A stretch of DNA of 64,000 nucleotides from Parcubacteria group bacterium GW2011_GWC1_36_108 (GCA_000991245.1 LBRD01000004.1:26235-90234), one strand, 5' to 3'. Numbered from the stretch's first letter, positions 30,357-40,474 are shown. Numbers and translations: made by a program. The notes: generated from the letters alone by a model not told the origin.

Positions 30357-31874
30357 CTAGTAATCCTTAAGTTTACTAATAGAGCCGTGTTGACGAATCT
30401 TGTCGAGAGCCTTAGCTTCAATCTGACGAATACGTTCGCGGGTTACTCCAAATTCCTTTCCAACTTCTTCCAAAGTGTGAGTCACACCATCTTCCAAACC
30501 AAAACGAATTTTAAGAATCTTTTGTTCGCGCGGAGTAAGGTCGTGCAAAACTTCGCCGACGTGATTTTTGAGTAGTTTTCGTGAAGCAACTTGATGTGGC
30601 ATCACTGTTTCAGTGTCTTCAATGAAATCTCCAAGCACACTGTCATCATCAGAGTCCCCAACTGAAGTTTCAAGCGAAACTGTTTCTTGGGAAATTTTTT
30701 GAATGTGACGAATCTTATCTACTTCCAAATTCATTTCAGCTGCAATTTCTTCTGGCAAAGGTTCGCGTCCCAATTCTTGCACCAATCTTCGAGTAATCTG
30801 AGTATACTTGTTAATAGTTTCCACCATATGGACTGGGATACGAATTGTGCGCGACTGATCAGCCAAAGCTCTGGTAATTGCTTGGCGAATCCACCAAGTT
30901 GCATAGGTTGAAAATTTGAAACCTTTTCGATAATCAAATTTTTCCACAGCGCGAAAGAGTCCGATGTTACCTTCTTGAATCAAATCCAACAACGAAAGAT
31001 TGTGCGAACGTCCAACATATTTTTTTGCAATACTAACCACCAAACGAAGATTTGCTTCGGTCAACTTTTGTTTTGATGCCAAGTCCCCTTTTTCATTAGC
31101 TTTGGCAAGCTTAATTTCTTCTTCAGATTTAAGGAGTGGCACACGTCCAATTTCACGAAGATACATTTGCACCAAATCAGAAGAGCTGTCTTCTATTCCA
31201 TCCAACAAATTTGAATCCGCATTTTTATCTTTTTTACTTTTTTCATATATCTCAGCTTCTTTGTCTGAATCAATCTTGAGCATATCATCAGAAACAACAA
31301 TTTTCACTCCCGCAGTTTCCAATTGTTCATACAGATTTTCAAGTTCATCAAGCTCTTCTTCAACTTCCGGAATAAGATGAATGATTTCATCTTCAGTCAC
31401 AAAACCACGTTGTTTTCCACGCGCAATAAGTTCTGCAATAATATCAACCTTGTTTTCACCTTCCTCTTTGGCAACTACTGCTGTTTTTTTCTTTGGCTGA
31501 GGAGCTTTTTCAACAATTTTCTTAGGTTTTACTACTATTTTTTGCGCTACTTGCTTGCTTGGTGTTACAGACTTTTTGGGCGCAACTTTTTTAACAGGCT
31601 GTATTTTTTTTACAGCTGCTTTTTTAACTACCGTTTTTTTTGCTACAACGATCTTTTTTGCAGCATTTTTTTTCTGCACGATTTTCTTATTTTTTTTCTG
31701 CACGATTTTTTTTGCTTTAATAAATTTTACAACTTTTTTAGGTTTGGGCTTAACAACGACTTTTGTTTTTTTTAACGCAACTACCTTCTTAACATTTTTT
31801 GATGCTGCTTTTTTAACTACTTTAATAACTTTTTTTACTACAACTTTTTTAGACTTTTTTTTCATTGTTTTCAT
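30357..31874 (-). CDS. rpoD: Primary sigma factor RpoD with Lys-rich N-terminal extension
   Basis: [54 protein letters not shown]; start uncertain (31901/31874/31865). Confidence 0.96.
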   Translation of the reverse strand: MKTMKKKSKKVVVKKVIKVVKKAASKNVKKVVALKKTKVVVKPKPKKVVKFIKAKKIVQKKNKKIVQKKNAAKKIVVAKKTVVKKAAVKKIQPVKKVAPKKSVTPSKQVAQKIVVKPKKIVEKAPQPKKKTAVVAKEEGENKVDIIAELIARGKQRGFVTEDEIIHLIPEVEEELDELENLYEQLETAGVKIVVSDDMLKIDSDKEAEIYEKSKKDKNADSNLLDGIEDSSSDLVQMYLREIGRVPLLKSEEEIKLAKANEKGDLASKQKLTEANLRLVVSIAKKYVGRSHNLSLLDLIQEGNIGLFRAVEKFDYRKGFKFSTYATWWIRQAITRALADQSRTIRIPVHMVETINKYTQITRRLVQELGREPLPEEIAAEMNLEVDKIRHIQKISQETVSLETSVGDSDDDSVLGDFIEDTETVMPHQVASRKLLKNHVGEVLHDLTPREQKILKIRFGLEDGVTHTLEEVGKEFGVTRERIRQIEAKALDKIRQHGSISKLKDY

Positions 31875-31940
31875 CTCAAATAAATATTCAGCTGAGTGCA
31901 TACTCAGACAAAATGTTATAAAAAAGTAAAACTAAGCATG

Positions 31941-32101
31941 GAGCTTGTTTGGAAAATATTTTTCGTCGCGAAATTTTAAAATTTTGAGCGAAAGACTTGA
32001 AGGTTGAGGAGTGCTACATAAAATGTAACACGACGAGACCTGAAAGTTTTGCAGCCAAAATTTTAAGATTGTAACAGAGAATATATTTTTCAAACAAGAT
32101 C
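31941..32101. mobile_element. RPE-like palindromic element between dnaG and rpoD
   Basis: TIRs GAGCTTGTTTGGAAAATAT / ATATTTTTCAAACAAGATC; central TGAGGAGTG...CACGACGAG hairpin. Confidence 0.65.
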
Positions 32102-32140
32102 TTAGCAAAACACCAAAAACCGGGACAACCCAGTCTTTGT

Positions 32141-33949
32141 TTAAGATTGCATTTCTTGAGAAAGCTTTGTGAACTCGCTCATAAGTTTGGCGAGGGTCTC
32201 TTTGTCCCCTTTTTGTTCAGCGTTCTCGATTTGCTTGATGATATCATAAAGCTTTTCTTTTTGCAATTCCTTAATATATTTAGATATATATTCATCAACA
32301 AGCTTTCGCAATTCTTCTGTGGAATATTCCACGACTCCCTCTTGAGTAAAAAGGTATTTAGCATTAAAATATATTTTTCGCAGACTTTCAATAGCTCGGT
32401 CATCATCGATGCTAGCCAGAAGATTATCAAAAGAAAAACCAGACGCTGCTCCATTTTTCAAAACAAACTGCACCAACGAATCATCTTTTACCCACTGACT
32501 GTCCAATTGTGTCTCAAAATTTTCTTTCCATATTTTTGCATCGCTCATAACAAGCCCGATCAACGAATTTCTAACGGCGTCACTACGCTTTTGAAATGAT
32601 GCTTCTTGCTCAGTCAAAATATTCGAGGTAGCAGGATACTGAGTTTGACTTTGTTGTCCAGCATTTGCGACGACTGCTTTTAATACGTCAGTCACGACCT
32701 TTTCTTCCACTTCAACCGTATGCGCAATTTTCTTTATCCAATGTGCTTTTTCAATTTGATTTTCAATATTAGCCACGTGCGACAAAACCTCTTTTGCAAT
32801 ATGCATTTTTCCGTCGGCTGTTTTTTTGTCATATTTTTTAAGCGCCTCATTGAAAAAATATTCCATCGCCAAAACAGATTTTTTAACCGCACTTAAAAGC
32901 AGCTCTGGATCCTTAGCCACCACATCAGCCGCATCTTTTCCATCTTGAAGCGTGACAATTTTCACATTAACACTTTTTTGCAAACAAAGATCGGCGCTTT
33001 TTTGCGCCGCAGCCTGACCAGCACTGTCCATATCAAAAAGCATTGCGATGTTTTCAGTGTAACGCTTAAGCATCGTGATTTGATCGCCTGTAAGCGCAGT
33101 GCCTGAAACAGCCACTGTGTTTGTAATGCCAGCTTGTACCGAAGCAATCACATCCATATTCCCCTCGACAAGCAGCACATAATTTTTCTTTTTAATTTCA
33201 CTCTTTGCATATGAAAGACCATACAGCACTTTTCCTTTGTGATATACCAATGTTTCCGGGGTGTTCACATATTTAGCCTGCGATTCATCTCCTCCAGGTG
33301 CCACGCGCGCAGAATATCCAACCACATTTCCCATCACATCAGTAATCGGAAACATAATACGATCACGAAAACGATCATAATATCCAGCTCCATTTTCTTT
33401 TTTTACCAGCAATCCAGTTTTTTCAATCTCATCCATGCTATACCCGCGACTAACTAGGAATTTTATAATATTATCCCAACCATTTGGAGCATATCCCAAA
33501 CGAAAATTTTGTATGCTCTCATCATTAAGCCCTCTTTCATGCAAATATTGTAAAATTTTATCCTTGCCCACGCCCTTCCAAAGTTGTGTTTCATAAAATT
33601 TCGTCGCCAATTCCAAAGCTTCAATTATTCTTTTTTTATTATCCGCTGGCTGCTGCCCGCCTTTATATTCCTCCAATTGCACACCAGCTTTTTCAGCCAA
33701 AATCTTGAGCACCTCGCGAAATTCCATACTTTCAATTTCCTGCACAAAAGAAAAAACATCTCCACCTTTGGCACAACCAAAACAATGAAAAATCTGCTTT
33801 TCTTCATTAACCATAAAAGACGGGCTTTTTTCATTATGAAAAGGACACAAACCCTTCCAATGGGATCCTGCCTTAGTCAACCGCACATACTCGCCCACAA
33901 TATCCACGATATTAAGCCGAGATTTGATTTCTTCAACGTTGTTATTCAT
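32141..33949 (-). CDS. dnaG: DNA primase
   Basis: CPFHNEKSPSF...CFGC zinc finger, DRFRDRIMFPI, KYVNTPET, EGNMD, DMDSAG. Confidence 0.97.
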   Translation of the reverse strand: MNNNVEEIKSRLNIVDIVGEYVRLTKAGSHWKGLCPFHNEKSPSFMVNEEKQIFHCFGCAKGGDVFSFVQEIESMEFREVLKILAEKAGVQLEEYKGGQQPADNKKRIIEALELATKFYETQLWKGVGKDKILQYLHERGLNDESIQNFRLGYAPNGWDNIIKFLVSRGYSMDEIEKTGLLVKKENGAGYYDRFRDRIMFPITDVMGNVVGYSARVAPGGDESQAKYVNTPETLVYHKGKVLYGLSYAKSEIKKKNYVLLVEGNMDVIASVQAGITNTVAVSGTALTGDQITMLKRYTENIAMLFDMDSAGQAAAQKSADLCLQKSVNVKIVTLQDGKDAADVVAKDPELLLSAVKKSVLAMEYFFNEALKKYDKKTADGKMHIAKEVLSHVANIENQIEKAHWIKKIAHTVEVEEKVVTDVLKAVVANAGQQSQTQYPATSNILTEQEASFQKRSDAVRNSLIGLVMSDAKIWKENFETQLDSQWVKDDSLVQFVLKNGAASGFSFDNLLASIDDDRAIESLRKIYFNAKYLFTQEGVVEYSTEELRKLVDEYISKYIKELQKEKLYDIIKQIENAEQKGDKETLAKLMSEFTKLSQEMQS

Positions 33950-34055
33950 TATCTTTAGACTAAAGAACTTTGACTAAAAAAGCAACCGATTGCGGAAAAT
34001 GAGGGACAAACCCTTGCTACACTTTCGGATATGCCACCCTTGTTCAGTTTCAAAG

Positions 34056-34140
34056 CGGAGAGAACAGGATTCGAACCTGCGTAGAGTTGCCCCTAACACG
34101 CTTTCCAAGCGTGCTCCTTCAACCACTCGGACATCTCTCC
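34056..34140 (-). tRNA. tRNA-Ser (GGA)
   Basis: GGAGAGATGTCCGAGTGGTTGAAGGAGCACGCTTGGAAAGCGTG...GGTTCGAATCCTGTTCTCTCCG with long variable arm. Confidence 0.96.
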
Positions 34141-34237
34141 GCATTGAAACTGATAATAATGAATTGGTGCACTCAAAAATTCAAAACATTTAAACCTCGG
34201 CAAAGCCTCGAGCAAAAAACTGTGTTGAAATTTTGCC

Positions 34238-34322
34238 AGGGTTTCTTTTGAAACCCGCCGAATGTTCGTATTCCTCACATCCGGCCCACACTGCGACCCC
34301 TCCAAAGCATGGCGCGAGCCAT
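34238..34322 (-). ncRNA. Candidate structured RNA upstream of tRNA-Ser
   Basis: GC-rich island with three consecutive hairpins containing G-U pairs on the minus strand. Confidence 0.45.
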
Positions 34323-34376
34323 ACATATTGCATTTTACTTTATAAACTTTATAACTTTATAACTTTATGAACTATT

Positions 34377-35843
34377 CTAGATTTCCTTAATCCCTACCAA
34401 TTGAATATGTTCCCCATCTGGAGTTCGGCCTAAGATCAAAACAACTTTGTCTCCGGTTGCAAGCACACCATTTTTCTTGGCATCTTCGATGAGCCAATCA
34501 ATATCTTCTCGAAAAACTTCTCCTCGCTCATAAAATTTTGCATTAATTCCCCAAACTAAAGAAAGTTGATGATATGTTTTTTTGTTATGAGTCACAACCA
34601 GCATTGGTTGCTCTGGACGAAAATGCGAAAAAAGTCGCGCCGTAAAACCACTAGCCGATCCGAGCACGACAGCTTTAGCATTGCTGCTTTTGGCAAGTTC
34701 ATATGCACTCTTAATAACTTTTTTAAAATCCCCTTCTCCATTTAAAGTGAGCAAGTGTGTCACGTCATCAAAAGGAGAAGCCTCGGTGTTTTCAATAATA
34801 TCCTTCATCGTGCGAACACTTTCCACTGGATATTTTCCAGAAGCACTTTCCCCAGAAAGCATCACGGCATCAGCATGATCAACAACCGCATTGGTCACAT
34901 CAGAAACTTCAGCTCGTGTTGGACGCGGATTTACAATCATCGAATCAAGCATCTGAGTTGCGACAATCACCGGCTTCATTGCTTGCAAACTTTTCTTTAC
35001 AATTTCTTTTTGCAAAATTGCAACTTTTGTTCCTTCAATTTCAATACCAAGATCACCGCGCGCTACCATAATAGCGTCAGTATGCTCAATGATATCATCC
35101 AAATTTTTTATCGCTTCTTTGCGTTCAATTTTAGCAATAATTTGTGGCAGGTTATCTTCACGTCCAAGAATATTTTTCATCTTGTCTCGCAAAGTTTCAA
35201 TGTTAGCACCAGTGGAAACAAATGACATCGCCACAAAATCAACATCCTGCGAAAGCACGAAAACTAAATCTTTTTCATCCTTTTCTGTGATCGGACTGAT
35301 TTGCAATTTTGCATCAGGAATATTAACACCTTTATGATTTTTCACTGTTCCGCCATCAATAACTTCGCAAAGCAAAACTCCTTCATTTTTTTCCTTAACA
35401 ACAATTTTCATCAGCCCATCCTCAATCAAAATTTCATTCCCCACTTCCACATCATCAATAATTTTTTCAACATCGAGTGAAAATTTTCTGTCATTTGAAA
35501 TTTGATCATTTGAAATTGATTGGAAATTAGAAATTGGAAATTGGAAATTAGGCGCATAAAAAATATCACTGACCAACACAAATTCTCCTGGTTTCATTTC
35601 CACGTTTTCCACAACCACCGTCCTTATTCTCGGTCCTTGCAGATCAGCCAAAATTCCAACAGCCGTGTCCAATTCTTGTGACAATTCTCGAATAATTTTA
35701 ATCACATTTCCATGCCATTCGTGCGAGCCATGAGAAAAATTAAGTCTGGCCACATTCATGCCATTTTCAACCATTTGTTTCAAAACTTCTTTACTATCAG
35801 AAACCAATCCAAGAGTTGCCACTATTTTTGTCTTCTTTGTCAT
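34377..35843 (-). CDS. pyk: Pyruvate kinase (with repeat-derived insertion)
   Basis: TKIVATLG, ARLNFSHG, DLQGP, AKIE, MVARGDLG, ATQMLDSM, PTRAEVSD, MLSGES. Confidence 0.96.
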   Translation of the reverse strand: MTKKTKIVATLGLVSDSKEVLKQMVENGMNVARLNFSHGSHEWHGNVIKIIRELSQELDTAVGILADLQGPRIRTVVVENVEMKPGEFVLVSDIFYAPNFQFPISNFQSISNDQISNDRKFSLDVEKIIDDVEVGNEILIEDGLMKIVVKEKNEGVLLCEVIDGGTVKNHKGVNIPDAKLQISPITEKDEKDLVFVLSQDVDFVAMSFVSTGANIETLRDKMKNILGREDNLPQIIAKIERKEAIKNLDDIIEHTDAIMVARGDLGIEIEGTKVAILQKEIVKKSLQAMKPVIVATQMLDSMIVNPRPTRAEVSDVTNAVVDHADAVMLSGESASGKYPVESVRTMKDIIENTEASPFDDVTHLLTLNGEGDFKKVIKSAYELAKSSNAKAVVLGSASGFTARLFSHFRPEQPMLVVTHNKKTYHQLSLVWGINAKFYERGEVFREDIDWLIEDAKKNGVLATGDKVVLILGRTPDGEHIQLVGIKEI

Positions 35844-36026
35844 ATATTTATAAGAAATAATACTAATTATGCAAATTTATGCCAATACGCGAATTTGCGA
35901 ATAATTTAAACATTTGCATATTCGTAACATTCGCATTCATTCGCGTATTCGTATTATAATATATTCCCATAATAAACAAAAACGGGCAACCTCGAAAGGC
36001 CACCCGCAGTTAAAACAAAGTAAAAA

Positions 36027-36395
36027 CTATTTTATAATTTCATATCCACCAATCATAGGAAGTTTTTTCATTTCTCCTTTAACGGCATTAATGATTCCCA
36101 TAATTGCTAGCACAAAAACAGCAATTGTTCCAAGTGGCAAAATAATAAACCAACCCAAGACTGGTATTACTGTTCCAACCACGTTAACAGCTATAGCGGC
36201 CAGAAGTAGCAACAATTGTTGATTTGCATGAAACTTGGCAAATGGGCTGTTTTTTGCTTCTGAAATAAGTGGAACAAAAAACAAGATTGGAATAACATAT
36301 CCTACGATTGCCATCACTTTGTTCTTTTCAACATCGTCATTTTGAGGTGCTTTTGGAACTTCCACACCTTCCTGCCCTGTTGTGTTTTCTTCCAT
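36027..36395 (-). CDS. DUF4870-type membrane protein
   Basis: AKFHANQ, GIINAVKG.MK.LP.IG; probable start MEENTT. Confidence 0.85.
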   Translation of the reverse strand: MEENTTGQEGVEVPKAPQNDDVEKNKVMAIVGYVIPILFFVPLISEAKNSPFAKFHANQQLLLLLAAIAVNVVGTVIPVLGWFIILPLGTIAVFVLAIMGIINAVKGEMKKLPMIGGYEIIK

Positions 36396-36504
36396 ATTTT
36401 TTAGATTAAAATTAATTATACTACTTATAATGATACAATATTTATCTACTTTTATTTTACCATATCTTAATATTATTGACAATCCAGTCAATAAAACTCC
36501 CTGA

Positions 36505-37044
36505 TTATTGCAATCCTATTTCTTCAAGCTCCCTCAAAATATCCTCGGGGATTGGATTACTCTTCGGACTCACACCAGGATAACGCCAAGCAGAAATTAT
36601 AGTAATTTGCTTACTAGAATTTATTTTTCTTTGCAACTTAGCAATCTTATCATCTTTCTTCTCACCTAACGTTTTGTCTTTAAATTTTTTCTCTTGAGAT
36701 TTTGTTTGGTACATTACCCAAATTTCCTGATTCCAGTTCTCCGCCGTAGCTTTAGCGGAGGAGGACGTTTCAACAGGCTTGCCCGCCAAAGCTTCAGCAG
36801 AAGCGAAGGAGGGTCTTCCCCATTTTGGTTTTTGAGGTCCAATTTTTATATTTCCAACCGGCACCATCACAGCCACAGTATTTTCCACAATACTCGTTTC
36901 AATTCTTTTTGGTGCACGAATCACGCCCAAAACTTTCTGCTCGCTAAGACCATAGTAATGCATCTTTTCCGCCACATGCGCTGTCCAAAAATATTTATCG
37001 CTGTTTTTCGGTGATTTCCATTGCATAAAAAGTTTTTCATTCAA
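36505..37044 (-). CDS. Hypothetical protein, DUF4258/RelE-like fold suspected, with REP-derived insertion
   Basis: WTAHVAEKM..YGLSE..V, EIWVMYQ, IISAWRYPG. Confidence 0.7.
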   Translation of the reverse strand: MNEKLFMQWKSPKNSDKYFWTAHVAEKMHYYGLSEQKVLGVIRAPKRIETSIVENTVAVMVPVGNIKIGPQKPKWGRPSFASAEALAGKPVETSSSAKATAENWNQEIWVMYQTKSQEKKFKDKTLGEKKDDKIAKLQRKINSSKQITIISAWRYPGVSPKSNPIPEDILRELEEIGLQ

Positions 37045-37047
37045 AAC

Positions 37048-37893
37048 CTACTTTAATCTTTTTTTATTTTTTGCTTGATTTAAAAAATTGTTTCCAGTGA
37101 CCACGCTTTTACCAGTTTTTTCCTCAAGCTCAAGTCTGGCATTTCTGGCAATTTTTCCACCTCGCTTAGCTGGAATCTTATTTTCTTCCAAGCCTCTTGC
37201 TTCAATACTTTGTGCGATTTCACGAGTCGAAAGCTCTGCCAATGCCGTGAAAACGAGCTCCGCATCAGACATGTGATCACGAAGATTTTGAGTTTTTAAG
37301 TTTTTCAAATTTTTGTGTGCCTTGATAGTCAACTCGCTCCATTCTTCATGAATTATATTTGTCAAAATTGCAAATTCATCTCTTTCTTTAACTTCATTGT
37401 TTTTCCAATAATCAGTCAATTTATTTCTGATTTCTTGCCCCATCATCCTTTGCTGAATCCACTTCTCACTTCTTCCCATTTTCTGCCAATATGATCTGGA
37501 ACGATTTATTCCCTTTTCTGGATCAGACATTTCCTGGATTCTTTCGTATCCAGCTTTTGCCAACCACAATTTGATCGGCTCAGCTTTTTTAGATGGAACA
37601 GTTTGAACAAGACGCAAAATTGTTTCAACATCAGCCGCATCGGTTTCGCGCATTTTCCCATCCTCTGCAACTAATTTCAACCGGTTACATTTTGTAACCA
37701 CTTCACTTCCCTCGGCTCTTAAGCGATTCTTTAAAACCTTCCAATAATTTCTAGCTGCCTGAAAATCTTCTTGCTCAATCAAGGCAGCAATAATATCAAT
37801 AACTGAAAAATACCAAGTTTCCTTTTCCTCATCATAGTGCCTGCGAATGTTAAAATTTTCAAAAATTGCCAGTGAATTGCTTACTTTTTTCAT
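37048..37893 (-). CDS. Bro-N domain (phage antirepressor-like) protein
   Basis: IRR...WYFSVIDII, ARNYWKVLKNRL, DGKMRETD, PSKKAEPIKLWLA, NLRDHM. Confidence 0.85.
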   Translation of the reverse strand: MKKVSNSLAIFENFNIRRHYDEEKETWYFSVIDIIAALIEQEDFQAARNYWKVLKNRLRAEGSEVVTKCNRLKLVAEDGKMRETDAADVETILRLVQTVPSKKAEPIKLWLAKAGYERIQEMSDPEKGINRSRSYWQKMGRSEKWIQQRMMGQEIRNKLTDYWKNNEVKERDEFAILTNIIHEEWSELTIKAHKNLKNLKTQNLRDHMSDAELVFTALAELSTREIAQSIEARGLEENKIPAKRGGKIARNARLELEEKTGKSVVTGNNFLNQAKNKKRLK

Positions 37894-38039
37894 ATTTTTA
37901 TTTTTAGTGACTTATACTGATATATTATCACTATAACAAAAATTCGTCAACTAAAAAGTAGACTGAAACAAAAAAGCATAGCCAATCATGACTAACGCCT
38001 TTTTTCTTTTCCAAGATTGTGTTTGTATTTCCTAAAAAG

Positions 38040-38921
38040 CTAGCTTTTCATTCCCCTCAACTTCGCGATCCTCTCCTCAATTGGTGGGTGGGTGGAAAAA
38101 AGTTTGGAAACCTTGTTGCCCTTGAAGGGATTTGAGATGTAAAGATGTGCGGTGGCGCGGTTGGCGGCTTCGAGGGGTTCTTGGTCGGAAGAAATCTTTT
38201 CGAGGGCGCTAGCAAGCCCTTCAGGATATCGCGTCAGAAGTGAAGCGCTGGCATCAGCCAAAAATTCGCGCTTTCTGGAAATTGCCATTTGCATCATTAT
38301 TGCGGCAAGTGGAGCAAGCAATGAAAGCAAAATTCCCACAATCATCAAAATTGGATTCCTGTTATCACTGTCATCCCCACCGCCAAAAAAGGACCAATGT
38401 CTGAACCAATCCGCTATCAAAGCCACAAAACCAACCAAAACAACAACTACGGTCGAAAGTAGGATATCCCGATTGCCAATATGAGAAAGTTCATGAGCAA
38501 TCACTCCTTCCAATTCAATTTTTTCCAGTTTATCCAAAAGCCCGGTAGTCACACAAATAACGCCATGCTGGGGATCTCGGCCCGTAGCAAAGGCATTTGG
38601 AGCAGAGTCTTCAATAATATAAATCTTAGGCGCTGGGAGTCCAGCAGTTATGCACAGGTTTTCCACAAGGTGGTATAACTCTCTGTTTCCCTCATGAGTA
38701 ACCTCTTTTGCGCCGCTCATAGCCAAAACAATCTTGTCACTCCACCAATATGAGCCAAAACTCATAACTATCGAGAAAGCAACTGCAATATACAAAATCG
38801 TACTATTCCCCATTGCTCCCGCAAAAACATATCCGACTCCAATCACAAAGGCTAAAAAGCCCGCGATATAAATCCAGGTTAGACGTGTATTTTTGTCAGC
38901 TTCAGTGTATAAAGTAGCCAT
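38040..38921 (-). CDS. htpX: Zinc metalloprotease HtpX (M48)
   Basis: PNAFATGR, HELSH, SRKREFLAD, FSTHPPIEERI. Confidence 0.93.
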   Translation of the reverse strand: MATLYTEADKNTRLTWIYIAGFLAFVIGVGYVFAGAMGNSTILYIAVAFSIVMSFGSYWWSDKIVLAMSGAKEVTHEGNRELYHLVENLCITAGLPAPKIYIIEDSAPNAFATGRDPQHGVICVTTGLLDKLEKIELEGVIAHELSHIGNRDILLSTVVVVLVGFVALIADWFRHWSFFGGGDDSDNRNPILMIVGILLSLLAPLAAIMMQMAISRKREFLADASASLLTRYPEGLASALEKISSDQEPLEAANRATAHLYISNPFKGNKVSKLFSTHPPIEERIAKLRGMKS

Positions 38922-38923
38922 TT

Positions 38924-39056
38924 ACCCTGTTTAATAAGATTTGGATTCAAAAATAAATGAAACCAAAATTTATATAGTTAATTTTAAATTTTTACCTTGT
39001 CTCCCTTAATTAATAATCCAAATCTTAATTTTGTAATCAAAATTATTTAACAGGGT
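38924..39056. mobile_element. MITE-like element filling the spacer upstream of htpX
   Basis: TIRs ACCCTGTTTAATAA / TTATTTAACAGGGT. Confidence 0.65.
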
Positions 39057-39061
39057 TTGCT

Positions 39062-39742
39062 CTATAAAAACCTAAATTCTGAAATTACATTTTTGAAAAT
39101 ATTTTCAAATTCAGTTGATTTATCGGTGTAATAAGTAGCTTCCAGATAAAAAATCTTTCCTTCTTCTTCATTTTTCCAAAAAATAACATCTCGTATAAGC
39201 CCTTCGGCTGTTTTGACTTTTCCAGTTCTCACTCCCATACGTCCGTTTATCATTTCTTCTTTCCAGTCAGGATCCCATTTGATGCTCTTTTTTCCCGCGG
39301 CAGCTTCGCAGCTTTCACTTTCTCCAAGAGAAATGCTGCCAACCTCAATAGCGGATGCCAATGAGCTGTTTCTGGACCTGATATCGGTATATTTCTTTAA
39401 GAGAAAAAAACTGTTAGCATTATTTTGCACCTCCCAATCATTAGGATGCTTAATTTCAAAGCCGTTTGTTTCATCGGTATTAATTATCCAGTCCTTAATT
39501 CCCCTGGAAGAATCGCTGTACAAATTTCCTTTAAGTCCATCCACTGCGAGAACCAAGCTTTTCGTGATATGCACACCGGAAACATTTGAGGACGGCATCG
39601 CATCCACAAAAAGATATATTGCGTAGCCTATTCCCATTACGATGAAAAAAACTAGACTGATAAGGGTCAGCAAGCAAATATAATGTGACTTGTTGTGATC
39701 ATCATACTTTTTATGAGCGTCGTGGTGCCTATATTTGAACAT
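39062..39742 (-). CDS. Membrane-anchored hypothetical protein (PsbP-like fold suspected)
   Basis: TM segment, GFEIKHPNDW, C-terminal F..VISEFRF. Confidence 0.7.
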   Translation of the reverse strand: MFKYRHHDAHKKYDDHNKSHYICLLTLISLVFFIVMGIGYAIYLFVDAMPSSNVSGVHITKSLVLAVDGLKGNLYSDSSRGIKDWIINTDETNGFEIKHPNDWEVQNNANSFFLLKKYTDIRSRNSSLASAIEVGSISLGESESCEAAAGKKSIKWDPDWKEEMINGRMGVRTGKVKTAEGLIRDVIFWKNEEEGKIFYLEATYYTDKSTEFENIFKNVISEFRFL

Positions 39743-39757
39743 TGTGATTCGATTTGA

Positions 39758-40309
39758 TTAAAATTGGACTTTGACATTTTCTTTTTCTGCCTCATCAGCT
39801 GCAAAGAATTCTCTTTTAGTAAAATTTAACATTCCAGCAACGATGTTACTTGGAAAAGTTTCGATTTTAATGTTGAAATCCCTGACGTTTCCATTGTAAA
39901 ATCTTCGTGAAGCTTGAATTTTGTCTTCAGTATCAGTCAATTCTCTTTGAAGCTCTAGAAAGTTTTGATTTGCTTTCAAATCTGGATAATTTTCAGAAAC
40001 TGCAAACAACGATTTCAATGTTCCGGAAAGCATATTTTCTGCATCTTGTTTTTCTGCAGGACTTCCAGCGCTCATTGCAGCTGTTCGGGCTGCTGTTACT
40101 CGTTCAAACAATTCTTTTTCGTGAGTGGCATAACCTTTCACAGTGTTAATCAAATTTGGAATCAGATCATATCTTCGCTTGAGTTGCACATCAATATCAC
40201 TCCAAGCCTCATCAACTCTGTTTTTCAAAGTTACCAAGCTGTTGTAAACGCCAATTCCAAAAACAAGAAACAATCCCAGAGCGACCAGCACAATTAATAA
40301 AATACTCAT
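39758..40309 (-). CDS. lemA: LemA family protein
   Basis: YNSLV, WSDIDVQLKRRYDLIPNL, ENYPDLKA, RRFYN. Confidence 0.96.
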   Translation of the reverse strand: MSILLIVLVALGLFLVFGIGVYNSLVTLKNRVDEAWSDIDVQLKRRYDLIPNLINTVKGYATHEKELFERVTAARTAAMSAGSPAEKQDAENMLSGTLKSLFAVSENYPDLKANQNFLELQRELTDTEDKIQASRRFYNGNVRDFNIKIETFPSNIVAGMLNFTKREFFAADEAEKENVKVQF

Positions 40310-40474
40310 AAAAAATTTAACCGACTGTTTGCCGTAAAGATTACTGCAAAAGCGATTTTTTAATTAGACTTTGTAATATAATTATACATCAATTTTGCGA
40401 ATTTCCCAATTGAGAGAATTTAACTGAAATAATGTGCTATAATTAAGCAAGATTAATAATATAATACAACTCCT

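Noticed and set aside
33990-34045. Possible degenerate tRNA 3' copy or att site (GCGGAAAATGAGGGA)
   Set aside because: Similarity to the tRNA end is too short, there is no T-loop and no integrase nearby
34160-34322. SRP RNA (Alu-like 5' similarity, next to tRNA-Ser)
   Set aside because: No S-domain CAGG...GGAA...AGCAG motif and no 5'/3' closing helix
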